Shown piece after piece: positions 38,164 through 48,912 of a stretch of 64,000 nucleotides of DNA. The DNA lies in assembly GCA_965649225.1 (NCBI GenBank), contig CBFGJX010000003.1:96001-160000 (forward strand), read 5' to 3'. A program made the position numbers and the translations under genes. The DNA is from a candidate division WOR-3 bacterium (GTDB taxonomy: Bacteria > Hydrothermota > Tepidihabitantia > Tepidihabitantales > Tepidihabitantaceae). Numbering within the stretch: position 1 is the first letter of the stretch; every line of letters begins with the position of its first letter. The notes below the pieces were generated by a model that was not told the DNA's origin, searched no databases, and was given only the letters and a program-made list of their open reading frames with translations.

Positions 38164-41100
38164 ATGTCAACCGTAACCGTTCTGGTCTGTGTCCTGCTCC
38201 AAGTCCTGCCCGCCGCAGCGGAAAATGACGGCCGTGCTTGCCTGATTCCCCTGCGATTTGTCCAGAATTACAGCTACGACCCCCTCCTCCAGCCCGCTGA
38301 CCTGCCGCCGGAACTGACTTTTGACCAGGAGCAGGCAACGGTTGACGGCCGCTGCTACTGTATCATTCAGTTTCACGGTCCGATTCGCCCCGAACAGAAA
38401 CATGCCGTGGAGCAGGCCGGAGCGGAGCTGCTCTGGTACATTCCCGACTACGCCTTTGTCGGCCGGATTCCTCTTGACAGAATTGCCGTTGTCCGCAACC
38501 GGCCGGAAGTACGCTGGCTCGGCCCCGACCAGCCGGCATTCAAGTTCTGCCCCGGTCTTGACCGACTGGCGCTGTCCGCCGGCCGCTCCGGGCTGGACTT
38601 CCCACTGCGCCTGATTGTGGTATTTTTCCCCAACGAGGACGCTGTCTCGCTGCTGCGCCAGATCAACGCGCTTGGCGCCACCGACATCGCCACCAGTTTC
38701 AACCGCTGGAACCAGAGTATCCGAATCACTCTGCCTGCCTCCCGGCTGATTGACCTTGCCCGGCTGCCGGGCGTCTTCTGGATCGAGCCCTACGGCGAAC
38801 TCACTCCGGACAACCAGGACGTTCAGTGGGTTGATCAGCATGGCTACTCGGCCAGCGACACGACCCGGACAATCTGGCGCCGGGGTCTGACCGGCCGGCG
38901 GGTCCTGGTTGGCATCACCGATACCCCGCTCTGGCTCGGTCACGACCTGTTCCGTGACCCGACAAACAACACTCCCGGCCCCAATCACCGCAAGATCGTC
39001 CGCTATGTCGGAACTCAGGGTGCCGATGTTCACGGCACCCACACCGTCGGCACCCTCTGCGGCAACGACGCACCGGTCGGTGGCAGCTCCTGGCACGATG
39101 GACTGGCCTGCGATGCCCGGGCCTATTTTCAGAACTACGAAGCGCTGAGCGGCAACTGGGACATGAACAACTGGTTTGCCGGCCCTGACTCCGGACTCAA
39201 CATTGCCGTGGACTCGTTGCGCGCGCTCAACCACTCGATGAGCCTGTCACGCAAGGACACGTTCAACATCTACATATTCACTGATATGACCGCCGACCAG
39301 TTTGTCTGGAACCACCGCCGCTTCCTGCACTGCAATTCGATGGGCAACTACGGCAACAACACAATGGGCCACCCGGTCATCGCCAAGAACATCATCTCGA
39401 CCGGCGGCACCCGCAACGGCACTGCCTGCCGCAGCATCTACACCGCATCCTCCCGCGGCCCCACTGCCGACGGACGCCGCAAACCCCAGCTCGTCGCACC
39501 GGGCGAAAACGTCTATTCGGCCAGCAACACCAGCGCCTCCGACTATGTCGCATTGTCCGGCACTTCAATGGCCACTCCCAACATGACCGCTGCCACTGCG
39601 CTCATTCGCGAGTACTTCCGCAAAGGTTTCTATCCCACCGGCGACACCACCACCGGCACACCAATGGAAATCACCGCCGCGCTCAACAAGGCAGTGGCAA
39701 TCGTCGGAGCCGACAACGACATCACCGGCTACACCGTCCCCGACAACAACATCGGCTGGGGCCGGATTGACCTCGACTCGTCGCTCTACTTCGCCGGCGA
39801 CTCATCCCGTCTGTGGGTATTTGATGACACCGTCGGTCTGACCACCGGGGACTCGGCTCTTTTCCCAATCACGGTGAACTCGTCTTCCCGCCCCCTGCGG
39901 GTAGCCCTCTGCTGGACCGACTATCCCGGCACAATGCGGGCCGCCCGGATTCTCGTCAACGACCTTGACCTCGTTCTGGTCTCGCCGGCCGGCACTGAAT
40001 ACAAGGGCAATGTCTGGTCCGGCGGCCAGTCGCAGACCGGCGGCAGCCACGACAGCCTCAATGTCGAGGAATGCTGCCGGATCAACGCGCCGGCGGTGGG
40101 CACCTGGACCGTCAAGGTTCGTGCCCGCCATACGCCGCAGGGCCCCCAGCCCTATGCGCTCGCGGTCATTGGCGGCCTCGGCACCGGCGCCGGCAGCGAT
40201 GTCGGCGTGACGCGGATAATCGCTCCGGTCGGTATCATTGACTCGACCCAGAACATCACGCCCGCCTGCTCGACCTGGAACTGGGGAACTCAGACCGTCA
40301 GCTACTCGGTCTTGATGCGGATTGGCAGTGGCTATTCGCAACTGGTCACCGTCAACGGTCACACGCCCGGTACTGCCCGGCTGGTGCAGTTTCCGCCGGC
40401 AGCGGCGTGGCCCCGCGGCACCCTTGACGTCTCCTGCTCCACCCGGCTCGCCGGTGATGTCAACCCGGACAACAACCGCCGTTACGACTCCTGCTTTGTG
40501 CGCGTTCTTGATGTTGGCATCCGGCGACTGCTGCTGCCATCAGCCGGCATAGACTCCGGAACCGTTTTCACGCCGGCCTGCACCCTGTTCAACCGTGGCA
40601 ATGTCGCCGCCAGCTATCCTGTCCGGTTGACCATCGGCACCTTCTATGACCGTACCACACCAGTCGTTGCCCATTCGCCCGGCACTCTTCATTTTTTGCC
40701 GTTTCCTCCCTGCACTGCCCGGCTGCGCGGTGGCCATCCGGTCGTCTGTTCAACCCGGCTGGGCGGTGATATGGACAACTCCAATGACCGTGCCAGCGGC
40801 ATGCTGGTCGTCGACGTCGGCGATGTCTCGGTCAGCGCCATCATCGCGCCGAGCGGCACTGTTGACTCCTGTACAGTGGTGACGCCAGCCTGTTCGCTGC
40901 GCAACAACGGCACGGTGAACGCCAGTTGTCTGGTCCGCATGCGGATTGGGGCAGGCTACGAGCAGACAACCGCAGTCAACAACCTGCCACCCGGCGCCGC
41001 GACACTGGTCAGCTTCCCTCAGTGGCAGGCCGAGATCCGCGGCCAGCTCACGGCCGCCTGTTCGGTTGCCTTCAGTCTCGACCGCATCCCGGCCAACGAC

Positions 41101-42657
41101 ACCATGTCTCGACCGGTTTTCGTACGGGTTCTCGATGCCTCAGCGCTGGCAATCATCGCTCCGACCGGCACTGTCGCACCGGGTGAGCGCATCACACCCC
41201 GGGTCAGAGTTCGCAACCTTGGCAATGCCGTTGTCAGCTTTCCGACGCTGCTGCGGATTGGTGCCGAATACACCGACACCCGAACCGTCAATGGACTGCC
41301 GCCCGGTGCCGAAACCGAGCTTGCCTTCTCGGTCTGGACTGTGCTGTCCGGCACCCGAACGGTTCTCTGTTCGGTTGGGCTTGCCGGCGACATGGTGCCG
41401 GCCAACGACACCATCAGCCGCCGCGTCACCGGCGCCCGGACTGGCTGGGTTGAACTCGCCTCGATACCAGGCCTGCCTTCGGGCAAACCGGTAAAGGACG
41501 GCGGGGCAATTGCCTTCGATCCGTCGGGTGAACGGTGCTTCGTTCTGAAAGGCAACAAGACCGGCGACTGCTATCTCGGTCGGCCCGGTTCGTTCACCGC
41601 ACTGCCGCTGGTGCCGCCCGGCGGCAGCGCCCGGCTGCCGGGCAAGGGCGCGGCGGTCTGCGCCGGTGACGATGGCACCTTCTACCTGGTCAAAGGCAAC
41701 AACACCGCTGAGTTCTGGCGTTTCGCATCTGACGTCTGGACTCGGCTTGCCGACATTCCCCTCGGTACTTCGGGCAAGAAACCGAAGGGCGGGACTGACA
41801 TCTGTTTCGTCCCTGACAGCGGCGGCTGGGTTTATCTGCTTAAAGGCGGCACCGCCGAATTCATGCGCTACAGTGTCGCCGGTTCATCCTGGCAGATTCT
41901 CGCCGACGCGCCGGCCGGAATCCGGCCGCGTTACGATAACGGCTCCTGGCTGACTCTCGACCAGGACCGCCGGCGCCTGCTCTGTCACAAAGCCCGCTAC
42001 CACGAGCTCTACACGTGGAATCTCTCCACCGGCACCTGGACCAGTCTGCCCGTCGGCATGCCGCTTTTCTGCTCTCAGACCGGCCGGCTCAAACGCAGCC
42101 GGGACGGCTCGGACGGAATTGTGCTTGGCGACCGGCTCTGGGCCATCAAGGGCGCCAACACCCCGGATTTCTATTCCCTCGACCTCAACAGCCTACAATG
42201 GTACGAGCAGGAAACAATCCCGTCGGTCGGCTCAACCGGCAGACGCAAGCGGGTCAAAGGAGGCGGCAGCATCACCACCGATGGCAATGTCATTTTTGCC
42301 CTCAAGGGCAACAAGACTCTCGAACTGTGGCAGTACACTCCCGCCGCCGAACCTGATAAGCCCACCGACCTCCTGCCGGCAAGACAAACACTCTCGTCCG
42401 ACCCTGCCCAACCGCCGGCCACCGAACTGCGGATTCCGACTCATATTCGCCGTCACACACCCATCAGGCTCCGGATTGAATCAGCAACCCGGCCGGCTCA
42501 GTTGACGGTCTGCGACGCTTCGGGCCGACTGATTCTCGCCCGCTCTGTCAGCCCGTCGGCCCGTCAGACAGTCGTCCTGCCCGGACTGCCGCCGGGAGTT
42601 TATCTGCTGCGTTTTACCGGCGGCCCGGAAGCAAAGTACAAGCTCGTTATCGAATGA
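38164..42657 (+). CDS. Secreted S8 subtilase (Kp43-like) + CARDB/Ig-like repeats + Lys-rich Kelch-like propeller + T9SS-type tail
   Basis: Catalytic triad GITDT, HGTHTVGT, SGTSMATP; SSRGPTADGRRKP; LVNDLDL..NVE jelly-roll domain. Start at ATG 38164 after GGAGG. Confidence 0.92.
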   Translation: MSTVTVLVCVLLQVLPAAAENDGRACLIPLRFVQNYSYDPLLQPADLPPELTFDQEQATVDGRCYCIIQFHGPIRPEQKHAVEQAGAELLWYIPDYAFVGRIPLDRIAVVRNRPEVRWLGPDQPAFKFCPGLDRLALSAGRSGLDFPLRLIVVFFPNEDAVSLLRQINALGATDIATSFNRWNQSIRITLPASRLIDLARLPGVFWIEPYGELTPDNQDVQWVDQHGYSASDTTRTIWRRGLTGRRVLVGITDTPLWLGHDLFRDPTNNTPGPNHRKIVRYVGTQGADVHGTHTVGTLCGNDAPVGGSSWHDGLACDARAYFQNYEALSGNWDMNNWFAGPDSGLNIAVDSLRALNHSMSLSRKDTFNIYIFTDMTADQFVWNHRRFLHCNSMGNYGNNTMGHPVIAKNIISTGGTRNGTACRSIYTASSRGPTADGRRKPQLVAPGENVYSASNTSASDYVALSGTSMATPNMTAATALIREYFRKGFYPTGDTTTGTPMEITAALNKAVAIVGADNDITGYTVPDNNIGWGRIDLDSSLYFAGDSSRLWVFDDTVGLTTGDSALFPITVNSSSRPLRVALCWTDYPGTMRAARILVNDLDLVLVSPAGTEYKGNVWSGGQSQTGGSHDSLNVEECCRINAPAVGTWTVKVRARHTPQGPQPYALAVIGGLGTGAGSDVGVTRIIAPVGIIDSTQNITPACSTWNWGTQTVSYSVLMRIGSGYSQLVTVNGHTPGTARLVQFPPAAAWPRGTLDVSCSTRLAGDVNPDNNRRYDSCFVRVLDVGIRRLLLPSAGIDSGTVFTPACTLFNRGNVAASYPVRLTIGTFYDRTTPVVAHSPGTLHFLPFPPCTARLRGGHPVVCSTRLGGDMDNSNDRASGMLVVDVGDVSVSAIIAPSGTVDSCTVVTPACSLRNNGTVNASCLVRMRIGAGYEQTTAVNNLPPGAATLVSFPQWQAEIRGQLTAACSVAFSLDRIPANDTMSRPVFVRVLDASALAIIAPTGTVAPGERITPRVRVRNLGNAVVSFPTLLRIGAEYTDTRTVNGLPPGAETELAFSVWTVLSGTRTVLCSVGLAGDMVPANDTISRRVTGARTGWVELASIPGLPSGKPVKDGGAIAFDPSGERCFVLKGNKTGDCYLGRPGSFTALPLVPPGGSARLPGKGAAVCAGDDGTFYLVKGNNTAEFWRFASDVWTRLADIPLGTSGKKPKGGTDICFVPDSGGWVYLLKGGTAEFMRYSVAGSSWQILADAPAGIRPRYDNGSWLTLDQDRRRLLCHKARYHELYTWNLSTGTWTSLPVGMPLFCSQTGRLKRSRDGSDGIVLGDRLWAIKGANTPDFYSLDLNSLQWYEQETIPSVGSTGRRKRVKGGGSITTDGNVIFALKGNKTLELWQYTPAAEPDKPTDLLPARQTLSSDPAQPPATELRIPTHIRRHTPIRLRIESATRPAQLTVCDASGRLILARSVSPSARQTVVLPGLPPGVYLLRFTGGPEAKYKLVIE

Positions 42658-43026
42658 CGGACTGAAAACACCGCGCCGGTTACTGCCGACGAACGCCCTG
42701 CCGGTTCCCGGCGACAATTGTCACCGGGCGTCGGGCCGGCCGGCGCGCTGCCGGCAACGCAACAATCTACCTGTCAGTGAGTTACCGTCTCGGGACAACA
42801 TGCCGGCATCAAACCGGAAAGTTTTTTCACCCTCCCGGAACCGTTCCCCTTGCGGCGCTGTAGCCTGCCGCTTTGCTTGCTTCAAGGTGACGCTGGTGTG
42901 TCGGTATTGGTCAACAGCCGCTGCCACCGGCCGACTTACCCGTTGCCGGGCTGCAGTCGTTGCCGCAGCACTGCCGGAGAACCCGCGTTTGTCAGTTCTG
43001 AATCAGCGGAAACCTTGCGGCGGTCG

Positions 43027-43809
43027 TCAGTGGCCGGACCGGCTGTCACTGCCGACAGCAATCTGCAACACCGCGGCCGGATCAGCCGGCTTGCCATTCT
43101 GACGGATTTCCAGATGAAGATGGGGCGCCGAAGAACGGCCGGTCGAGCCGACCCAGCCGATTGTGGCGCCAATGCGAACTGTGTCACCGCGGTCAACATT
43201 GTGGTCCTGCAGATGGCCGTAGTAGCTCTCATAGCCGCCGCCGTGGCGAAGCAGAATGAAATTACCAAACACCCGGTCCCGACCCGCGGCAACCACCACA
43301 CCATCGGCAACCGCCCGTACCGGCGTGCCCTCCTGAGCGGCAAGGTCAACACCCGGATGCGTCTCATCGGCAACCCGGGAAACGACAAACCGCTCCAGCG
43401 GTTGCAGGGCGGGCACGGCATTCGGGTCCCAGGTGGTCCGTCCCACCCACTCCGGCAGCTCGCCGGCCTCGGGGTCACCCGCGTCCCAGTCAACCGGTGG
43501 CGGCTCACGGTCGATGCCGAGCATCGCCGCCATCCGCGCCGCCTGCCCCTCCAGCTCGCGCAACCGCCCGCGCAGCTCCTGCACCTGTGCCACCTCTGCC
43601 TCCAGTCGCCGGTTGCGCGCCAGCAGCGACACCAGCTGAGCGGTCCGAATCACGCCCGACAAACCGAATGCCAGCGCGGCAATATTGGCAACCGTCAGAC
43701 TGGCGGCGACCACTGCCGCCAGTCGCGCCACCCAGAGCGGTATCGAAAGCCGCCACGATTCCGGGCTCCAGCTGTTGGTGACGATCAGCGATATTACGCG
43801 ACGAGGCAT
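43027..43809 (-). CDS. M23 family metallopeptidase with transmembrane segment and coiled coil
   Basis: HPGVDLA, YGHL, GSTGRSSAPHLHLEI. Confidence 0.92.
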   Translation of the reverse strand: MPRRVISLIVTNSWSPESWRLSIPLWVARLAAVVAASLTVANIAALAFGLSGVIRTAQLVSLLARNRRLEAEVAQVQELRGRLRELEGQAARMAAMLGIDREPPPVDWDAGDPEAGELPEWVGRTTWDPNAVPALQPLERFVVSRVADETHPGVDLAAQEGTPVRAVADGVVVAAGRDRVFGNFILLRHGGGYESYYGHLQDHNVDRGDTVRIGATIGWVGSTGRSSAPHLHLEIRQNGKPADPAAVLQIAVGSDSRSGH

Positions 43810-43824
43810 CTCGGCAGAACTGCG

Positions 43825-44682
43825 CTACTGACTGCGCCGACCGCGAATCTGGTCGGCAATGCGGTTGAGATCATCGGTGGACAGATAGACAATCGCCACC
43901 TCGCCCGGCGCCCCGGCGCGCTTCGGCTCCCGGATTACCACCCGGGTACCCAGCGCCTCCTGCAGGCTTTCTTCGAGTTGCTTCAGAAAAACGTCTTTTT
44001 CCGGCCTGGCCGGCGGATTGCGCCGCGCGCGACTGCCGGCGCACAACCGTTCGACCGCACGCACCGACAACCCCTCGCGGACTATCCGCTCACACAACTC
44101 GACCTGCTCCCGCCGGCTCTCGAGCTGCAAAAGCGCCCGGGCATGACCGGCGGTAATCTGGCCCGCGGCCAGCGCATCGCGCACCTTGAACGGCAGGCTG
44201 AGCAGCCGCAGCGAATTGCTGACCGTCGAGCGGTCCTTGCCGACCCGCCGGGCGATATCCTCGTGGGTCAGACCGAAGTCGGCCGCCAGTCGCTGATAGG
44301 CCAGCGCCTCTTCCATCGGGTTCAGGTCGCGGCGCTGAACATTTTCCACCAGCGCCATCTCCAGCATTGAGGCGTCATCCACCGACCGCACCACTGCTGG
44401 AATCTCGGTCAGCCCGGCGAGTCCGGCGGCACGGAACCGCCGCTCGCCCATCACCAGCTCATAGCCGTCGCGGCGGCGTCTGACCACCACCGGTTGCAGT
44501 ACGCCGTGCTCGCGGATTGAGTTCACCAGTTCATCGAGATTCTCTTTGGCGTCCTGGCGCGGCTGAAACGGATTGGGCCGGATTTCGTCCAGCCGGATCG
44601 GCCGCGCTTCGGCGGCCAGCGCCTGCTGCGTTTCTTCCGGAATAATCGCATGAATGCCCTTGCCCAGTGCCTTGCGGCTCAC
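43825..44682 (-). CDS. parB: Chromosome partitioning protein ParB/Spo0J
   Basis: RKALGKGI, NPFQPR, GERRFRA, ENVQRRDLNPMEEA, HTH GKDRSTVSNSLRLL. Confidence 0.95.
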   Translation of the reverse strand: MSRKALGKGIHAIIPEETQQALAAEARPIRLDEIRPNPFQPRQDAKENLDELVNSIREHGVLQPVVVRRRRDGYELVMGERRFRAAGLAGLTEIPAVVRSVDDASMLEMALVENVQRRDLNPMEEALAYQRLAADFGLTHEDIARRVGKDRSTVSNSLRLLSLPFKVRDALAAGQITAGHARALLQLESRREQVELCERIVREGLSVRAVERLCAGSRARRNPPARPEKDVFLKQLEESLQEALGTRVVIREPKRAGAPGEVAIVYLSTDDLNRIADQIRGRRSQ

Positions 44683-45482
44683 ACCGCCTCCTCACCCGTT
44701 GCTATGGCTCTTGGCTGTCCCAGCCGCCCGAGCAGTTCGTCCGCCGCCGCCAGATAAGCCTGAGCCCCGGCCGATTGCCCGTCATATTCAAACACTGTCT
44801 TGCCGAAACTCGGTGCCTCGGCCAGCCGCACCGAACGCGGGATAACCGTATCGAAGACCAGTTCGCGGAAGAAACTGCGAACTTCGGCCGCCACCTGCTG
44901 GGCCAGGCTCAACCGGCTCGAGTACATCGTCAACAGCACTCCCATGATTGCCAGCCCGGGATTGACGCTGCGACGGACAAGCTCGATTGTCTCCAGCAAT
45001 CGCGCCATTCCTTCCAGCGCCAGATACTCAGCCTGCACCGGCACCAGCACCCCGCGGGCCGCAGTCAGGCCGTTGATTGTCAGCAGCCCCAGCGACGGCG
45101 GGCAGTCGATAATGATAAAATCGTAGTGCGGCTCGACCAGTGCCAGCGCCTTGGCCAGCCGGAACTCCCGCTCCTCGGCATCGACCAGTTCAACTTCTCC
45201 GCCGGCGAGATTGGTCGATGCCGGCAGCAGATCAAGCCCCTGAGCCCGGCCGCGAATGATGGCGTCATCAACCCGCTGCGCTTCAACCATCGCCTCATAC
45301 ACGCACAACCGGACCGCCTTCCGGTCAACGCCCAGCGCCAGCGTGGCATGACCCTGCGGGTCAATATCCACCAGCAGCGTCTGGCTGCCGGACCGCAACG
45401 CCAGTGCCGCCGCCAGGTTCACCGCGGTCGTAGTCTTACCCACGCCGCCCTTCTGATTACAGATTGCTACCGTCCGGGTCAC
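44679..45482 (-). CDS. parA: ParA/Soj ATPase
   Basis: NQKGGVGKTTT, DIDPQG, IDCPPSLG, PRSVRLAEAPSFG. Start moved to GTG 45482. Confidence 0.95.
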   Translation of the reverse strand: MTRTVAICNQKGGVGKTTTAVNLAAALALRSGSQTLLVDIDPQGHATLALGVDRKAVRLCVYEAMVEAQRVDDAIIRGRAQGLDLLPASTNLAGGEVELVDAEEREFRLAKALALVEPHYDFIIIDCPPSLGLLTINGLTAARGVLVPVQAEYLALEGMARLLETIELVRRSVNPGLAIMGVLLTMYSSRLSLAQQVAAEVRSFFRELVFDTVIPRSVRLAEAPSFGKTVFEYDGQSAGAQAYLAAADELLGRLGQPRAIATGEEAV

Positions 45483-45586
45483 GGCTGCATCCTCGTCATC
45501 GCGGCGCCGCCAATCGCAGCGCCAGAGTGACCAATCACTGGAGCAGAACCCAATAGCGGCCGCCTGCTGGTCTTCGCCACTGCTGT

Positions 45587-46090
45587 CTAATCGGTGCGGT
45601 GAATCAACTGATTGCGGGCCCGCACCAGCCACGAAGAATCGCCCCGCACCACCAGTGCGACAACATCGACGGTGACTCCCGGTCCCCATTTCGGTCCGCC
45701 GGTCGCTGTGCGGTCGGTCTGCCAGCTTGTGCTTGCCGGTTCCTCCAGCGGCCGGTCTGCTCGCGGCACTGCCTCCCATAACTGCCGGCCATTGACAACC
45801 CACCAGCGCTCGATCGCCAGCCCGTCCGGCACCCGCTCGCCCGGTTTGCTCATCAGCCGGACATTGGCCATCAGCGACTCGCCGTCCGGCGGAGCAACCG
45901 GCTGGAAGTCACGCCAGAGATAGGTCTCGAGGAAGAGCCGGACGCCGTCAATCTCGAGCGTGTCGACGGCACTGGCCAACCGGCTCATCGTCGCCGCCGC
46001 CGCGCGGTCAGTACGGTTTCGGCAGACACCGCTGCAGCCGGCAACAAGACCGGCCACTGCAACAACGAAAATTGTCTTTCGCAGCAACAT
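45587..46090 (-). CDS. Hypothetical lipoprotein
   Basis: Lipobox LVAGC; YLWRDFQP and GPKW motifs; promoter TGGACA-N16-TACAAT 6 nt upstream. Confidence 0.75.
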   Translation of the reverse strand: MLLRKTIFVVAVAGLVAGCSGVCRNRTDRAAAATMSRLASAVDTLEIDGVRLFLETYLWRDFQPVAPPDGESLMANVRLMSKPGERVPDGLAIERWWVVNGRQLWEAVPRADRPLEEPASTSWQTDRTATGGPKWGPGVTVDVVALVVRGDSSWLVRARNQLIHRTD

Positions 46091-46162
46091 TGACGGATTG
46101 TAACCAACGCGGGCGGCTTGTCCAATCGCCGCGACCGCAAGTCCTGCCTGCAGAAATCGAAA

Positions 46163-47155
46163 CTATTCCCGCGTCGGGCCGGCGCCCTTGCGTTCGAAAA
46201 GGTCGAGAAACCGGTCTTCGTACAGGCCGAAAAGTCCCCAGCGGTCCAGTTCCCGTTTCAGGCGCAGCGCGGCAGCCCGGTCATTCTGGGCCGCCTCAAA
46301 CAACCGTTCAATCCGCTCCATCAACACATGCGGCTCGGGTCGCTCTTCGCCTTCTGATTCGCCTTCCGCCGGCCCCTCTTCGTTCGGTTCCGGCTGATTC
46401 TCGGGCTCGGCCCTTTCCACCCGCAGCCGCAGCGACTGCACCGCTTCGCTGACACGTTCTTCAAACTCACCCAGTACCCGGTCGCTTTCGCGGATTGCCT
46501 CATCCAGCTCCGCCATGTCCACGGTGGTATTCAGAATCCGCTCGTAGACCTGAACCACCGCCTTGACGGCACGGGGATTGGGACTCTCGACCGCATATTG
46601 CGGCATCGTCGCGAGAAAACACGCTGCCGAAAGCCCCCGCTGCCGGGCAAGCCCGAGCAGAATTCCATTCAGACCGGTAATCCGGCCCTCGGCCATTGGC
46701 TCGACCTTGAGGCTGGCAAAGCTGTTGCGGGTTATCTCGTCCGCCGCGACGCCGTAAACCTGGGTCGGGTGGCGAAAACTTACCGGAATCGCGTAGGCGG
46801 CACCGGTGTAGACCCGCTCGGTGCCGTGGCTGATGACAAAATCGAGCAACTCACTGGCAACGCGGGTGCCGGCAATGCCGGGCAGTTGTGCCTCAGCCTG
46901 AAAAACGAACAGCGGCGGCTGCTCGCACAAATACACCAGCTGAACCGGCGGCTCGGGGAAAGCACCCAGCCCGTTCTCGACAATAATACCATCCGGCGCA
47001 CTTGCATCCGGCACATCAATCCGGGCAACGAGTCGGGCACCGAGCTTACGCCGGAGATAATCGGCCGCGCCAACGCCAACCTGGCCCATTCCGGGCCAGC
47101 CGGCAATCGTAACCGGTACTTTCGCCGGAATGTCCTTACCTAGTTCTGTGAGCAT
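46163..47155 (-). CDS. PAC2 family (proteasome assembly chaperone-like) protein
   Basis: AGWPGMGQVG, ITGLNGILLG, PNPRA, C-terminal ELDRWGLFGLYEDRFLDLF. Confidence 0.88.
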   Translation of the reverse strand: MLTELGKDIPAKVPVTIAGWPGMGQVGVGAADYLRRKLGARLVARIDVPDASAPDGIIVENGLGAFPEPPVQLVYLCEQPPLFVFQAEAQLPGIAGTRVASELLDFVISHGTERVYTGAAYAIPVSFRHPTQVYGVAADEITRNSFASLKVEPMAEGRITGLNGILLGLARQRGLSAACFLATMPQYAVESPNPRAVKAVVQVYERILNTTVDMAELDEAIRESDRVLGEFEERVSEAVQSLRLRVERAEPENQPEPNEEGPAEGESEGEERPEPHVLMERIERLFEAAQNDRAAALRLKRELDRWGLFGLYEDRFLDLFERKGAGPTRE

Positions 47156-47167
47156 GATTCCTACTTT

Positions 47168-47195
47168 TTAGACTACCAATCCGGCCGGGCAGTTC
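47168..47195 (-). promoter_or_regulatory. Putative ECF (sigmaE-like) promoter of the PAC2 gene
   Basis: GAACTG-N16-GTCTAA. Confidence 0.5.
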
Positions 47196-47213
47196 AATAG
47201 TCTGTTTGACCGT

Positions 47214-48833
47214 TCAAACCCGCGCCGGTCGACGCCGGAGCATGTCGGCCAAAGCCCGTTCGAAATCCCTCAGGCCCAGCAGCCGACCGGCCAGCCAGTA
47301 AACGACCGCTCCGGCGCTGCCGGCACAGAGAACTTCACCCGCCTGGACAATCAGGCCGGCAGTGCCGACAAATCTCTCCCACAGTCCGGCCGCAAACCAC
47401 GCCGTTGCTCCCCCGGCACCCGCCGCCACCAGCGTCTCGAATGTCCGCCTCAGCAGTTGCCGGTCGCCCAGTCCGCCGATTCTCCGGCGCAGGGCAAGAA
47501 ACAGCACCCCAAAATTGAACAGCTGCGTAATCCCCGCCGCCAGCGGAAACGAACGAAAACCGATCCGCCCCATCAGCAGAAGATTGACAATGATGTTCGC
47601 CGCCACGGTCCCGACGGCAATCAGCGCCGGGGTCCGGGTATCGCCGGTCGAGTAGAACCCGGCGGCACAGTTGCGGCTTGCTGCCGCCGGCCAGATTCCC
47701 AGACAGTACAACGCCAGCGCCTGCGCGGTGAGCAGGGTATCGGCCGGCGTGAAACGACCGTGCTGATAAATCAGCCGGACGACCGGCACCGCCAGCGCTG
47801 CCAGCAGCGCTGCGGCCGGCAGAGTCAAAACCGACACCAGTCCCATCGCATGCACCATTCGGCTGCGCAGGGCATCGAACCGCGCCCCGGCGGCTTCATG
47901 GGCATACTCGGCAATCGCCACCGACCCGATCGCGGCCCCGAACAGCCCGGCAGGCAGATGTTGAATGCGATAAGCATAATTGACCCAGGTAACCGAACCC
48001 TCGCGCAGAAAAGTCAGAAGGAAGGTGTTGACCAGAAAGTTCACCTGCCAGGTGGCGAACCCGAGAATCATCGGCAACCAGCGGCGAACCACCTGGCGCA
48101 GCTCCGCATCCCGCCAGTCCAGCACCGGCCGCCAGCGCAGCCCCATCTGCGCCAGTGACGGCACCTGAACCAGAAACTGGGCCGCCGCCCCCGCCGTGAC
48201 ACCCCAGGCCATTCCAACAATCGGCTCGACCCCGCGGCTCCGCAGCCAGGCATAGGTCGCCAGCGGCAGCGCTGCCGAAACGACATTGAACGCGGCCGGT
48301 GCCGTCGCCGGTACAAAAAACCGCCCGCCGGCATTCAGCACCCCCATCGCCCAGGCTGCCATCGCCACCAGCACCAGAAACGGAAACATCAGCCGCGTCA
48401 GCGTAACGGTCAGGGCGAATTTCTCCGGCTGGCCGACAAAGCCCATCGCAATCACCCGCACCACTGCCGGCGCGAAGACGATCGCCAGCACCACTGCCGC
48501 CGACAAAACCAGCACCAGCGTGTTGAGCGTGTTCGCGGCAAAACGCCAGCTCCGCTCCCGGTCACCCTGACGCAGACTCTGCACGAATGCCGGGACAAAC
48601 GCCGCCGACAAGGCACTTTCGGCAAACAAATCGCGCAGAAAATTCGGAATCCGGAAGGCAACGTTAAACGCGTCGCTGGCCATGCCGGCGCCAAAAAGAT
48701 AGGCAAAAACCGACTCGCGCACCACGCCCAGTATCCGCGAAAGCATCGTCCCGGCCGAGAAAAGGCCAACCCGGCGGGTGAAACGCTCGCCCGTACCGGT
48801 ATCAGCCGGCTCTGGCACTGCCTTGCTGGTCAC
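47214..48833 (-). CDS. murJ: Lipid II flippase MurJ/MviN
   Basis: SRILGVVRE, DAFNVAFRIPNFLRDLFAE, YAYRI..LP, GFYSTGDTRTP. Start at GTG 48833, 5 nt after TTTACA-N16-TATACT. Confidence 0.93.
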   Translation of the reverse strand: MTSKAVPEPADTGTGERFTRRVGLFSAGTMLSRILGVVRESVFAYLFGAGMASDAFNVAFRIPNFLRDLFAESALSAAFVPAFVQSLRQGDRERSWRFAANTLNTLVLVLSAAVVLAIVFAPAVVRVIAMGFVGQPEKFALTVTLTRLMFPFLVLVAMAAWAMGVLNAGGRFFVPATAPAAFNVVSAALPLATYAWLRSRGVEPIVGMAWGVTAGAAAQFLVQVPSLAQMGLRWRPVLDWRDAELRQVVRRWLPMILGFATWQVNFLVNTFLLTFLREGSVTWVNYAYRIQHLPAGLFGAAIGSVAIAEYAHEAAGARFDALRSRMVHAMGLVSVLTLPAAALLAALAVPVVRLIYQHGRFTPADTLLTAQALALYCLGIWPAAASRNCAAGFYSTGDTRTPALIAVGTVAANIIVNLLLMGRIGFRSFPLAAGITQLFNFGVLFLALRRRIGGLGDRQLLRRTFETLVAAGAGGATAWFAAGLWERFVGTAGLIVQAGEVLCAGSAGAVVYWLAGRLLGLRDFERALADMLRRRPARV

Positions 48834-48912
48834 GCCGCAGTATAGGTTCTGCCTCCGGCCTGTAAAGACTGCCGCCGGCTTGACTGGCCGCCGAGTGATG
48901 CTATCGTTGCCC

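Noticed and set aside
42658..43026. Bactofilin or other small gene after the M23 peptidase
   Set aside because: The 68-aa ORF at 42721-42927 has no recognisable motif or clear ribosome-binding site.
43825..45587. parS site or replication origin near parAB
   Set aside because: No GTTTCACGTGAAAC-like palindrome or DnaA-box cluster seen by eye.
45483..45803. Long N-terminal extensions in the ORF track (parA, murJ, S8 protease, 57705 gene, FG-GAP protein, first ATPase)
   Set aside because: They overlap neighbouring genes or promoters; downstream starts have a Shine-Dalgarno or promoter and match family N-termini.
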